A stretch of 64,000 nucleotides of DNA from Saccostrea echinata (taxonomy: Eukaryota). Under the pieces are notes generated by a model. It was not told where the DNA came from. It was given only the letters and a program-made list of their open reading frames with translations, and made no database searches. Positions 12,101 through 25,000 of the stretch are shown piece by piece; position 1 is the first letter of the stretch; each line of letters opens with the position of its first letter. Both the position numbers and the translations under genes were made by a program. The stretch is taken from NCBI RefSeq assembly GCF_033153115.1, contig NW_026889759.1:13144001-13208000 (forward strand). The letters run 5' to 3'.

Positions 12101-15100
12101 AACTTGAACTGGATCGATAGGTAGATCTTTGAGTTGTGACAATATTCTAAACCAGTGATGAACATTTACAGGGAACTATGGGACCTTACCTAATAATCTT
12201 TCTTTTAAATTGGAATAAAAAAGGAAGACATTGATTCTTTTATTCCTTTTATTTACGAAGAAAACCAGTTGTCATATTTCTTGTGTTAACACGTTTTAGT
12301 CAACAAGACAGCGAATTTTCATCGAAATACAATGCGTGATGAGATATCGTGTATTACCAAAGAATATGTTTAGATCTCAAGAGTTTATAATATGTCTTAA
12401 CATCTTTAACTTTTAAGCATATTAAGTCCTTCTCTGTGTTAAATCTGACGTCTTTAAGATGCTGGAAATGAGTTTAACTGCCGTTAATGTGTTATCGTTG
12501 ACCTCGAGTTTTGTGCAAAAGCCATTTTGAAATTGTAAACAAGGAAACAAAACAGACGATTCTGATAATTCTGGACCGATTGAACCGAACTGTGGTATCA
12601 ATTAAGCGTATGGTGAGTTGAACCATGGAAAAATATACCGTGATATACCGACAAACAGTTTATCGTTGCACTCTTAATCAAGATTACACATATTATCCAC
12701 GTATGATAAGTCATATACATATATTTACAATTACACATTTAATGTCCGTCAGTCTTCATTATACCGAGTACCTTATTCCAGATATAGGGCACCTGCTCAC
12801 ACCTATTTGACCGCTCGAAACAGAAGCAATCAGTGCAGCCATAAGGATTCGCTTTGTGCAGACTAAAGGATCCTGGTCTACATCGACCACATGTACGAGT
12901 TTCTACATTTTCCTGATAAAATGATGGAAATATTTCAATATACACATGTTAAATCATTAAATTTTCTACATTTATTTAGTAAATTTTAAATTTCAAAGTA
13001 ATTTGATTTGAGACACTTTCTCAGCAATACTAAGTATATGCTGTCAATTTTTTTTTCCCATTGGATAGTGACATCTAGATGCTTTATGCAGTGAAACAAG
13101 TATAACCACATCAAGTCATTCTCCTAAACACATTTCTAATGTTTGAATACAAATTATTTGCTTACCAAAGCCTAGAATTGTCCAGTCTACATCAATTATG
13201 TACATAGATGACTATCAGACAAACAAACCATACAATGATGCAGTCATCTGCTATACCTCAAACAGACACATAGACACTGTCCACTGTTGTCAAACAGATA
13301 GACATACCTACGTTGTCATACTAACCGACATATCTTACATTTTCACTGTCCCCTGATGACAGATAGACATATCTTGCACTGAAACCACTCCCTACTGTCA
13401 TTGAAAATACACTAGAGGTAGACCATACGATGACTATGTGCACCTAGCTATCAAACTGAGAGACTCATACTCATACCTTATACTGACACAATTCTCTGGA
13501 AAGTTCTTCATGTAATAATCATGCAGAAACCTCTATGCTGACAGTGTTCCACATCATCATACTAAAATACAGACAGACAGACTTACCTTACACTGACAGT
13601 GTCCTCTATTGTCACACTGACAGTCTGACAGACACCTGTAGAGTTGTCACAACTGCTCAGTTCTGTACTGTCAGTACTACACAGACTGACAGACTTACCT
13701 TACACAGACACTGTCCACTGTTGTCACACTGACAGACACCTGTAGAGTTGTCACAACTGCTCAGTTCTGTACTGTCAGTACTACACACACAGACAGACTT
13801 ACCTTACACTGACACTGTCCTCTATTGTCACACTGACAGACACCTGTAGAGTTGTCACAACTGCTCAGTTCCGTACTGTCAGTACAACACACACAGACAG
13901 ACACACTTACCTTACACTGACACTGTCCTCTATTGTCACACTGACAGACACCTGTAGAGTTGTCACAACTGTTCGGCTCTGTACCATCAGCACTACACAG
14001 ACAGAGCTGACAGTTAGGATGGTTGTAGAATCCAGTTAGGCACTTGTCACACCTGTCACCTGTGAAGTCAGCCTTACAGGTACACTTTCCAGTATTTCTA
14101 TCACACTGTCTGGATTCTGAGGTCTGGAGATTACAGTTGCAGGGCTGTAAAGAGACCTTAAAGCTTACAAAGTATGTCAAGTCTTGTTATTTTTTTGGAG
14201 GTTGCATTATTACTGATTCCACTTTGTTACCAAAAAAAAAAAATATGAGACAAAGTAACCTTGCATCCTTTGATGCTGTCATAGCCCCAGGTATTGGGTT
14301 GACATTCACCACACTGTGGTCCAGTAGTAAGGGGTGGACAGACACACTGACCAGTAATGGGATCACATACATGCCCTGCTTTATTACAGGGCTGACATCC
14401 TGTCAATAATTTACAAGTAATTCAATCATAATTTTTGACTGCACACACACCTTTTTTTTAATTATAACTTTGGTTTTACAAGTGACAGTAACACATACAT
14501 GCACATATGAGTAAAAACCTTTCCCAGAGTAAATAAGCATGTTTTAGCATTCTGATAAAAACTATTTGGGAAAGAAATGAATTAACAAGATTTCATAAGC
14601 TTTATCAGAAATATTAAACACAAGTATATCCCAACGTTTATATAGGATTAATTGTTGTAACAATAAAATTTCTTTTTCCCAACTAGCTTTTTACACTTAT
14701 CAGTTTGGTTGGGTTTTGAAAATTGACCAGCAATTGCTGCATTCTCTCATGCTCATCTGTCCATTCAACTAAATAAGTGAGATTAAAATGTCTTACGTTT
14801 GCAGCCGTTGATGGAGAATCCGTAATACCCTGGTTTACATTTCCCACACTGTTTTCCCTCCACTCCGGTTCTACAGGTACACTGACCGGTTCTCTGGTCA
14901 CACTGTTGGTACACTGCCCCAAGTCTGTCACATTCACAAGGGGAGCAGCCATTACCTGTAGCCAGACCCCAGTAATTCTCCTATATAATATATGTCATAC
15001 AATTCAATGATCATGAAATTTCATCATATTTGAAATGTTTTTTTTTTTTTCAAATTTGTTCTGAAATCATTTTTTAACCAAGATCATATCTCCATCTAGA

Positions 15101-18100
15101 TTATTGGTAAATCTAATTGCCTATCTACTAAGTATAAGCAATTCTATTAAAGATATTCTACAAGTGCTGAATTATCTACTTGTTATGAAACAGCAGAAAT
15201 ATATAGGGAAACAAAAAAATATAAGCTAAATGCAATGAAAGACAAGATCATTTCTAGGAAAGCAGATGTAATAACTAAACACTTCATCAAGAACATGATA
15301 CCCATGATTACTGCAAAGACACCTTGTAGAGAGTTGAAGCAACAGATTGCTTTGAGAAGTATATACAGTATAGACAGAAATATGTTATTTGTAGGCCTAA
15401 AAAGGTTAACTATTATGTTTACTACTCAAATGTTAAATAAAAGCACTATATTATACACAGGAAGAACACCATACTGTATGGTGAGCCAAGACAACCTTTT
15501 TTTTCCTTTTTGAAAATAAATACAGCTCATGCTGATACAAAGTACATGTACCGTTAATATATACATGGAATCTAGCCAGTTCTAACCCCTTAGATTCTGA
15601 GCAAAACAAAGCAAGGATCAGAAGCCCTACAGAGGGAAAAGAGAACTACCAGAAATTTCAGCATCACCTTGCACATATTGCAGCGAGATCCTGTGACATT
15701 GGGGAGACAGTTACAGACCCCTGTGACATCATCACAAAGGGCTGTCTGATTTGTTCCTTCATTGTTACAGCGGCAGTCTGGGAATGCATAATCTAATTTA
15801 GAGACTTGCAACCAACTTTTTAAAATTTCAAGGCAAAAATTGTACCCTCATGAAAAATAAAATGTAGTTTACATAAATTGATAAATAACTTTTCAATAGC
15901 TGTCTTCCCATTTTTTTTTTAACTGGGCATCAAATAATTCCAATACATGTATTTCAATAATCTATGAACCAAACATAGCAAATTTGGCATATCTATATTT
16001 CAAAAAATCAAAGTAACTACCGATCCCATTTTCTGTTACCTCCAACCTACCCTTGCAGCCTCTGGCTGAAAATCCATAAAATCCAGGCTGACATTTGTCA
16101 CACCTCCTACCAGTAATGCCTATATTACAGAAGCATTGTCCACTAAAACTGTCACAGACTGATCCCCGTGATCCCTGGGGGTCACAATCACATGGCACAC
16201 AACCCTCCTCAACATTGCCATAACCAGGCTACAACAAAGTGCTCCCTCAATTTATCCCACATGAAGGTGCATTAAATTTAATTGCACGATTTGAGAACTA
16301 TATGCTTGTTAATATAAAATATCACGTCTTTTGCTGTTATTGCAAACATTCAATACAACTATCGGTGCAGAATTAGTTAACATTCATGATTTCTGCTATG
16401 AATAATTAGTGAAAAGTCAAATAAAACACAACTACGAACAGAAACAAATCACTCACACGATGTTAAATTTTGGTCAGTACTATAACACCTGCCAATTACC
16501 TGACACTGGTCACAGCGCCTCCCATAAAACCTGTCCTTACAAACACACCTCCCAGAATACTGCTCACAAGAACCATTTACTGAACCATTCAGATCACAAC
16601 TGCATGCTGTAATCAAACCAGGTTAACTTTATATGACAATGGTCATTTGCTATTCCCCACCAAAACAGATTTTCTGGTATAGTCTTCAATTATTTTAAAT
16701 TTATTTTTATACAAATTTTCATTGGTATGGCTCCTTTTCTATTCTGAATAGTTATAGAAAAATATTTGCATACACTGCACTCCCTTTAGAAGAAGAAATA
16801 TTCCGATTCAGCCAACAACAGCAAACAGTTTAAGAAAATTAATAATTTATCACTTTAAAGAGGAAAGAATTTCAATCCCCTTCTTTCCCCAATCGCTGAG
16901 CAAAAAGGGAGAGGAGTGAACCATAGCTCTAGTTATTGTTTAATAACTAGGCTGTAATTATAACTGTGCAGTAATTATCTAAATCAGCTGATGACCTACC
17001 TGTACAGTCCCCATTAATAGCTGTACCATAGAAGCCATCCTTACACCTGTGACAGGTTGGTCCTTCCGTGTTGTTCAGACACTTCAAACATTCCCCCGTC
17101 TTTCTGTCACAGCTTGTAGGATTGCTGGTGTCGATGTTTCCCCCACAGGTACATGGCCGACAGAGTCCACCTACTTCAGTGGGATCCCCATAGTACCCAG
17201 GAGCACATCTACATGTAGTTTGATAGCAGTTCATTATTTAATAAATCAGTTAGTCAACTAGTCAAATAAATCAATTCATTGAATCAATGTTAAGTATTCC
17301 ACATCAAAGTTTGTCAAAAGTTCAAATATCTATCTTAATCTAGATTTAATTATGTGCATGATGCAGACTTTTTTAATAAGATAAAAATGGAAAAGAAACC
17401 ATATTTGACCTCTGACCTTTCACATCTGTCTCCCGTGTAGCCGACAGCACACTTGTCACACCTGTAATTGTCATAGTTTCCCACCTGCGGGATCAGCTGA
17501 CAGGTAGGAGAGAACTGATTGGTTGGTTCTCTAAGTGGGCAGGCACATGGTTTACAATCCTCCTCTGTTCCTCGGCGGGGGTCTCCATAGTAACCAGGCA
17601 GACACTGATCACAGTTTTCTCCCATTGTAAAATGCAGACAGTTCTACATAAATAAATATACATACTTATAGGTTTTTTAATAAATAATATATTTTGGTAT
17701 TCAAAGGAAACATTATTAATTATTCTAAAAATTTCCAATATGCAGCAAGCTACCAACATACAATCATTCTGTGGGAATAAAACATACAATGTAGCATAGC
17801 AAGAGACTTATTATAAATAATTGCAAGCTTAAGCTGTGTATAAATATTTGGTTTCCAGTACTATGAATCATTTTTATTCATGAGAATTTTATTTTTGTGT
17901 AATTACTTGACACAGTCTGCTTGCCAAAAATTTTGTTCTCATGTATGTTTTCATTAGTATAGATTACATACAGCAATATCAAGAATTCATGAAAAATTTG
18001 CCTGCCAATAAAGCCCAAATACCAATCTCGTCAAAAAAATTTAGTGATCTACAGTATTTAATGGGCACTAGATTTGATCCAAAAACTAATCTAAAATGAC

Positions 18101-18924
18101 AAAGCCAAAATACATTTAGATACAGTCAACACAACCTAAAAATGAACAAGACAATATAAACACTCACAATACACTTTCCTGTGGTGATGTCACAGCGTTC
18201 TGCATGGTTGTTACAGTTACAAGGTAAACACATTCCTCCATAGAGCTTGTTACCCACTCTTCTGTACCCTGACTCACATTCCTTAAAAAAAAAAAAGAAC
18301 TAATTGTCTTTAAACTGCACATTTGAATTCAGTCTAATATGTGAGTGCACATAAATTTGAGTTTCCTGATAAACACGATCAAGTATTTTTTTCATTGTTA
18401 CATGAAGTTTTATTCTCAATTGAACTCAAAAAATTTCTCAATTTCAGGTTCAAAGGGAAATTACATGTATCTAAATAAATTTCTGAATGACCTGAGAGTT
18501 TGCCTTACTTCACAGGAGAGACCCTGGAATCCCCGGGGACAGGAACACTTCTCTACTGTCTTCAGGGTCTGGGTCTTATTGGACAAGGCACTCACTGCAT
18601 CCAGAGTCACCTCCCGTAAGCTACAACAAAACAAATGTATAGTGCTAAAAAACAAAAAAGAAACAACACATATTTGGCCCTACTGTTCTTCTCCAGATGT
18701 TCTCCCTTATAATACTTATTGTGGCTCCACACCTACCCCTGGGGGTCATGTCTTAAACTATTTAGAACATACAATACCTCAGAAGGCTTCCACATAAATT
18801 TCACCTTTTCTGGCTCAGTGGTTCTTCAGAAGATTTTTTAAAGATTTTTCCTGTATATTTCAATGTAAAACTTTGATTCCCTTTTGTGTCCCCACCCCCA
18901 CGGACTGACGGATGACGAACAACG

Positions 18925-18973
<49 letters not shown>

Positions 18974-21971
18974 CAGAGGCAAACAAGCATTCTGAGAGTA
19001 TTGCATTAGCAATACTAGTCCCCTACCGGCAAGTGTAATCTGGTTCCCGTTAAAAATTGAAAATGCCATAATTCCGTCAAAAATCAATGAAGCAGGACGA
19101 AATGCAAACTTGATCTATAACTAATCAAGGTAAAGTCACATACCAAAAATCAGCTCAATATTCGAAAGCGTTTAGAAGAAAATTGCGGAAAACCCTTAGA
19201 AATTGAAAAGGCCGTAATTCCGTCAAAAATCAATGAAGCGGAACGAAATGCAAACTTGATCTGTAACTCATCAAGATACACTTACATACCAAAAATCAGC
19301 TCAATATCTCCAAGCGTTTAGAAGAAAAGTGTGGAAAACCAAGTGGGACAGACTGACAGACAGACAGAGGGACAGACGGACAGACAGACAGACAGACAGA
19401 CGGACGGACAGACTCAGAGGAAACCTATAGTCCCCTCCGGTTTCACCGGTAGGGGACTAATAAATTAAACACATCATGAATATTTGTATGGGTATTTCGT
19501 GAAATTTGTAAGACTGTGCAATGCAAACATTTTTCATTTATATTAGTACATGTACTTATTACATTCTTGAGGCTATTGTGCTAACACTTGATACTTTAGT
19601 CATCTTTTATTTATCTGTTCTCTAAAACAATTTACAAAAGTGTATTTTAACAAGCATTCTGAGAGTATTGCATTAGCAATACTAGTCCCCTACCAGCAAG
19701 TGTAATCTGGATCCCGTTAAGAATTGAAAATGCCATAATTCCGTCAAAAATCAATGAAGCGGGACGAAATGCAAACTTGATCTATAACTAATCAAGGTAA
19801 AGTCACATACCAAAAATCAGCTCAATATCTACAAGCGTTTAGAAGAAAATTGCGGAAAACCCATAAAAATTGAAAAGGCCGTACTTCCGTCAAAAATCAA
19901 TGAAGCGGAACGAAATGCAAACTTGATCTGTAACTCATCAAGATACACTCACATACCAAAAATCAGCTCAATATCTGCAAGCGTTTAGGAAAAAAAGTGT
20001 GGAAAATCAAGTGGGACAGACTGACAGACAGACAGAGGGACAGACAGACAGACAGACAGACAGACGGACAGACAGACAGACAGACGGACGGACAGACTCA
20101 TAGGAAACCTATAGTCCCCTCCGGTTTTACTGGTAGGGGACTAATAATATCTTATCAGTAAACACTCAATATACAAGTGTCCCCAAAATGCACTTACTAT
20201 ACAGCATTTTGTGCTGAGTGGTATGTAGCTCGTATTAGAAGCCTTTCTATGTTGAATAGGAGGAGCATGAATTCTTTCTTTGTGATTGGCTGGAGAGTCT
20301 CGTAACGGTCACTTTTCACCAATTGAAACCAACTTGACTCATTCAGTGTCACAGTTCTCTCCTCTTGAATATTTTCTCGCAGGTAACTCTTGCCGTTCAC
20401 AATTGTCATGTTGCCACTCTATTGTTGGTCAAATGATGGTATCAATTTTAGACAAAATATTACAAAACAAATTTTTACAGCTTGTTATATTATTTATTAC
20501 GTATCCTTAACATGCACTCTTACAATTTAATTTTAAAACCTTTGAAGATTAGAACCTCACCTGTATAATGACATCTACTCCATACATGTGTCTTTGGTAA
20601 GGTGCAGTACGATCAGTTTCATACTTCACTGTGTATTTCAGATTTCCTCCATATGATGTCAACTGGAATAATTTGAAGAATTCAAGTATATAATTTTAAG
20701 GTATAATTTTACCTTTATTCTCGGCATACTGCAGAATATCAGAGATACTTCATCACTGAATTAACTGAGTCTACATTTATTGGATTGTTTTGTAATTTAA
20801 CTGCCTTACCCGATTGCCTAGGTATTTAAGCGGTGCCTGCCAGTAATACACCACCAGATCCTCGGCTGGATTTAGAGAGTTCTGACTGGCAGGGTAGGCC
20901 CTGTAAACTAACCATCCCTCCTCATCTTTTTGTATAAAATATGTGAAGCCACTGATGTCTACTGAGGTTACAGCCCAGCCACTCATTCCATCAGACATAT
21001 CACTCACCTACAATTAATCAATCAATCAATACTGAACATGCATGCCTTTTCATATTTTATTGAGGTCAATAGCATGTTTTTAATAGTTTTTTTTTTTTAG
21101 GTTTGTTTGTTTGGGGTTTTTTTTTTTTTGGTCATAAAGCAGTACTTTAAACAAACTGCTATACAAGAACATACTGAAAAAATCTTGCTTTGCAGAAAGT
21201 ATAAGCAGAAAGAGGTATTTTCTTTTTTGGTATTACATGTAATATATTTACATTGTGAACCTATCAGGTATATGTCACCTGATATACAATCATTTTAAAG
21301 TCACTTAGTCAAATTGTTCTGGTTTTTCCTAAAAAATAATTCTCCATGAAAAAATTTCCACTTGAGTAAAAAATTACATCCTAGAATTTGGTTTCTTTTA
21401 AAAGATATTAATTTCTAATTTTAAAATGTAATTTTTTCCAGTAAAAAATAGAGAATGCAAAGCTTTAGCAGTGACCTTGTAAACAAATTGTATGACGGAA
21501 ATTAAACAAACCTGTGGTCATCCAAAACCTTTAACTGACTTTGGGTAAAAAGAAGAGACCCAAACAGGAAAAAAGACTGGAAAGCAACATATTTCTATAT
21601 AATGTACATGAAAGAGAGCAAACGACGATGTGACTGCAGAAACTGCTTGGGCAGAACTCGAATCTAGAACATAATGCAAATGTTGCCAAAGGGTTTGTTT
21701 AGCTCTTGAAAGTGGTATAAAATATTCATAGCTTCTTGTCAGCAACATGGTTTTTGACCAAGATTTTCCTTATAAATATTTTTGTAACCCCTCCCCCCCA
21801 GTCCCATAATATATTTTTTTTTGCATATTCTATGTATAGTTGTACATTTATTGTGTCAGAAAACTATGCATCTCAATCGGACCAAGTGACTTTAAGTACA
21901 AAATATAGTACCAAAAGCCATTTCAGTAAGTAACATGTCATAGCAGACTTAACAAGAAGTTTAATTCTGCA

Positions 21972-22003
<32 letters not shown>

Positions 22004-25000
22004 GAATTAAAACCTTTTACTCGTGTCACCACAAAAACAATGTGAATACATGCTGTACTGTGTAAAGACAGAGTGTCATGTGACAGAAATGCTGCAGTGA
22101 TATAACCTTAAAGCTTGGAAATAATCCATTGCTGTTGTTACACATTTAATTAAAAGCCTAAAAGTAATAGTCAAGACTTGGAAGAAGAGAAAAAGCATAT
22201 AATTACAATAAAGGATTAAATTATCACATGTAATTCTTACCCCTTCTCCAATCTAATGAAAAATACCATACATTTCTGTAAGCTTCAATGTCTTTCAAAT
22301 GCTTAAAGTATGTCAACTCTATGAACTCCTTTAATATACTAGCATTTTATATTCATAAGGTTATAATGTGCTAAATAATTCTCAAAAATAAATTTTTACA
22401 GGAGGACTCCAAATTTATGTACCGGTAGTTTAATGGGGAAAATTATAAGAAATTGATTCTATAACACTTGATTAAATGCAAATAATGACAAAGGATTGAT
22501 AATCCTTAGAGTATGCATGACACATTATATAACCCCAAAATAATTTTAGTAATATGATATAGGTATGAATTTTCCAAAAATGGGCCATCTAATTTTAGGT
22601 CATGACACAACTCTCTGCATCATCTAACAAAGTTTCAAGATCCTAGGCCTGGAGAGCTAAATACAACCTGGATGTGATTTGAGCATGCATGCATAGCCAT
22701 ATAATTTAAAATGAAGTCGGTGACTTTTGTTGGGTTGCAACCCCCTCCTATTTCAAGACGAATCATCTGATGATCATAAGTCTTAAAAACAAATATGACC
22801 TACACAAAATAAAGCCAACAGACAGACTGATAAATTGATACATGGATGGACAAACAGAGGATGGGTAAAAAATACCATACCATAATAAGATGAATCAATA
22901 AACTACATATAATTAACTTTTACAAATTTAAGGAAATGTGATTCAATTAATATTCAAAATGTGAGACAAAAGAGTGAAAAATATTGTATGTTGAAATGTA
23001 AATGTTGATTGGTGTTTTGACACAGTTCACAAAATTTGTGCTATAAACACAATTGAATATCCTTACCTTGATCAAGCCCAGATTAGATGCCTGGCAGACA
23101 GATGACACCCCAAAACAAAAACATGACATACAGCCTACAGGGTTGTCCTTGTGGAGGTTAAAAAATCCCCTCTTACACCGGTCACACTTGAAGCCTTCAA
23201 CATTCTCCTGAAAACCAAGTTTTTTAACAACTTGAATAAAGATTTCATATTTATACTTTGGTGTAATTATTAAATCACATCTTTCATATGAATTTTGTGG
23301 GAAAAACCTCATAAAGACTTTGACACAAGATTTTTCAAAGATGTTATTTCTACCTAATCTTCCCTCATTCATTTTTTTTAAAATTTATTTGTAAATAAAA
23401 AGGACCATGTCAATAAAGTTTTAACAGCTTATCACCTTGCACACACAATTTCCACTGCACTGCTGTGAATTCAGTGTTCCAGCACTGTTACATGGACATG
23501 GCTTACAGTATGGGTAACCATAGTAGCCGTACGCACACTCCTGACATGTTGGTCCCCCATAGCCTTCATTACACAAACAGTCTCCAGGTCTCTAAAAGAA
23601 AACCAAAACAATGGGGTAGTTACGTAACTTAATTTTGCAAATCTTTTCCTCTTAATTCTGCACAACTAAAAATATGTATTTTGTATATCACTAAAGACAA
23701 ACCTAGGTAATCAAAGATTACAGAGCTCACCTTAATGAATGCCATCTATAAGTAAGATAATTCTCACATCAAATATTTTCTAGTTAATGTACATCCTGAG
23801 ATCAATATTCATGCAAGTTTGGTTTAAGTAGGATTTATAGTTACTTGGGAATAGACCTGGGCTGGGATTCATAAAACTTCTTAGTATAATCTTAAGTTTA
23901 AAAAATCACTCAAGTTTTATATTTTATACTTAAGTCCCCTAAGTATTACTTAAATTTGGTAGAAATACTTAAGTGTAATTCATAAACATATTTAGTGCTT
24001 AAGTATTGACTTAAAGTTAAGTGTCCTCAGGAGGTGTCTTAAGTAGATAAGAAATACTTAAGTTTTCTTTATCAAAATAAAAATAATGCTTTACAGAAGA
24101 CATTTTACTCTTTCAGTAAGAAACCATGCTATTACACCCAACTAGAAACTTGTTTTGACTTTGAGATGTTTATCAACTGGTAAGATGCAGTATAGTGCAA
24201 TGTTGATGACAAAGTTGTATCAGTTGTGAAGTAATACACATGGAACTAAATACCTCCATCACAAAAGAGTGCACATTTTGTTCGAGAAATTGTATGCGTT
24301 GCTAGGGTGACCTAACTTAAGTGCTCTAATTTTCTCAGAATTAAACTTAGCTAAGAATTGCACTTAGAATTTATATGAATATGACTTAAGAATTTTTTCT
24401 TAGCTAAGAATTTATTTTATACTTAAGTGTGAAACTTAGCACAAATCTTAAGTATGTTTATGAATCCCAGCCCTGTTCCAAAAGCTTTAACCTGTTCACT
24501 CATCTGGAAAATGTAGGTCAGATCCAGTACGTCGGATAATATACATCCCTAGATGCATCATCAATGCAAGTTTAGTTCACGTAGGGATAATATTCACTCA
24601 TCTGGAAATTGTAGGTCAGATCCAGCATCTGAAGCAAGTCTGGTAGTGTCCATCCCTATATGCATCAACCATGAAAGTTTATTCCAGGTAGGGCTTATAG
24701 TTACTTGGGAATGGACAGACTCTTAAAACTTTAACCTGGATACTAATGCCAGCGCTGGGGGTATAGCATAAGCTTATTTTGACTTTGTCGAGGTGAGGTA
24801 AATTTACATGAGGCCAAAAAAAATAATAGTCTTGTTTCCTGCTACCAGCCTGAAAAAAATAGGGTAGGTAGGTAGGAAAATTATTTTATTTTATATTTTT
24901 ATTTTATTTTTTTCTGACAGCATTTTTTGGATATGAACTAATATAAGATCAAACTAAACATGTCACAGGTCAATATTGTCTTTTAAAAATTAAATTTCAT

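Noticed and set aside
13587-13990. CRISPR-like repeat-spacer array
   Set aside because: Eukaryotic context, no unique spacers; it is an exon-derived tandem repeat.
21518-21748. 76-aa minus-strand ORF with good Kozak context in intron 11, as a possible alternative first exon for a short laminin isoform
   Set aside because: No N-terminal signal peptide and no donor that joins it in frame to phase-0 exon 12 before its stop.
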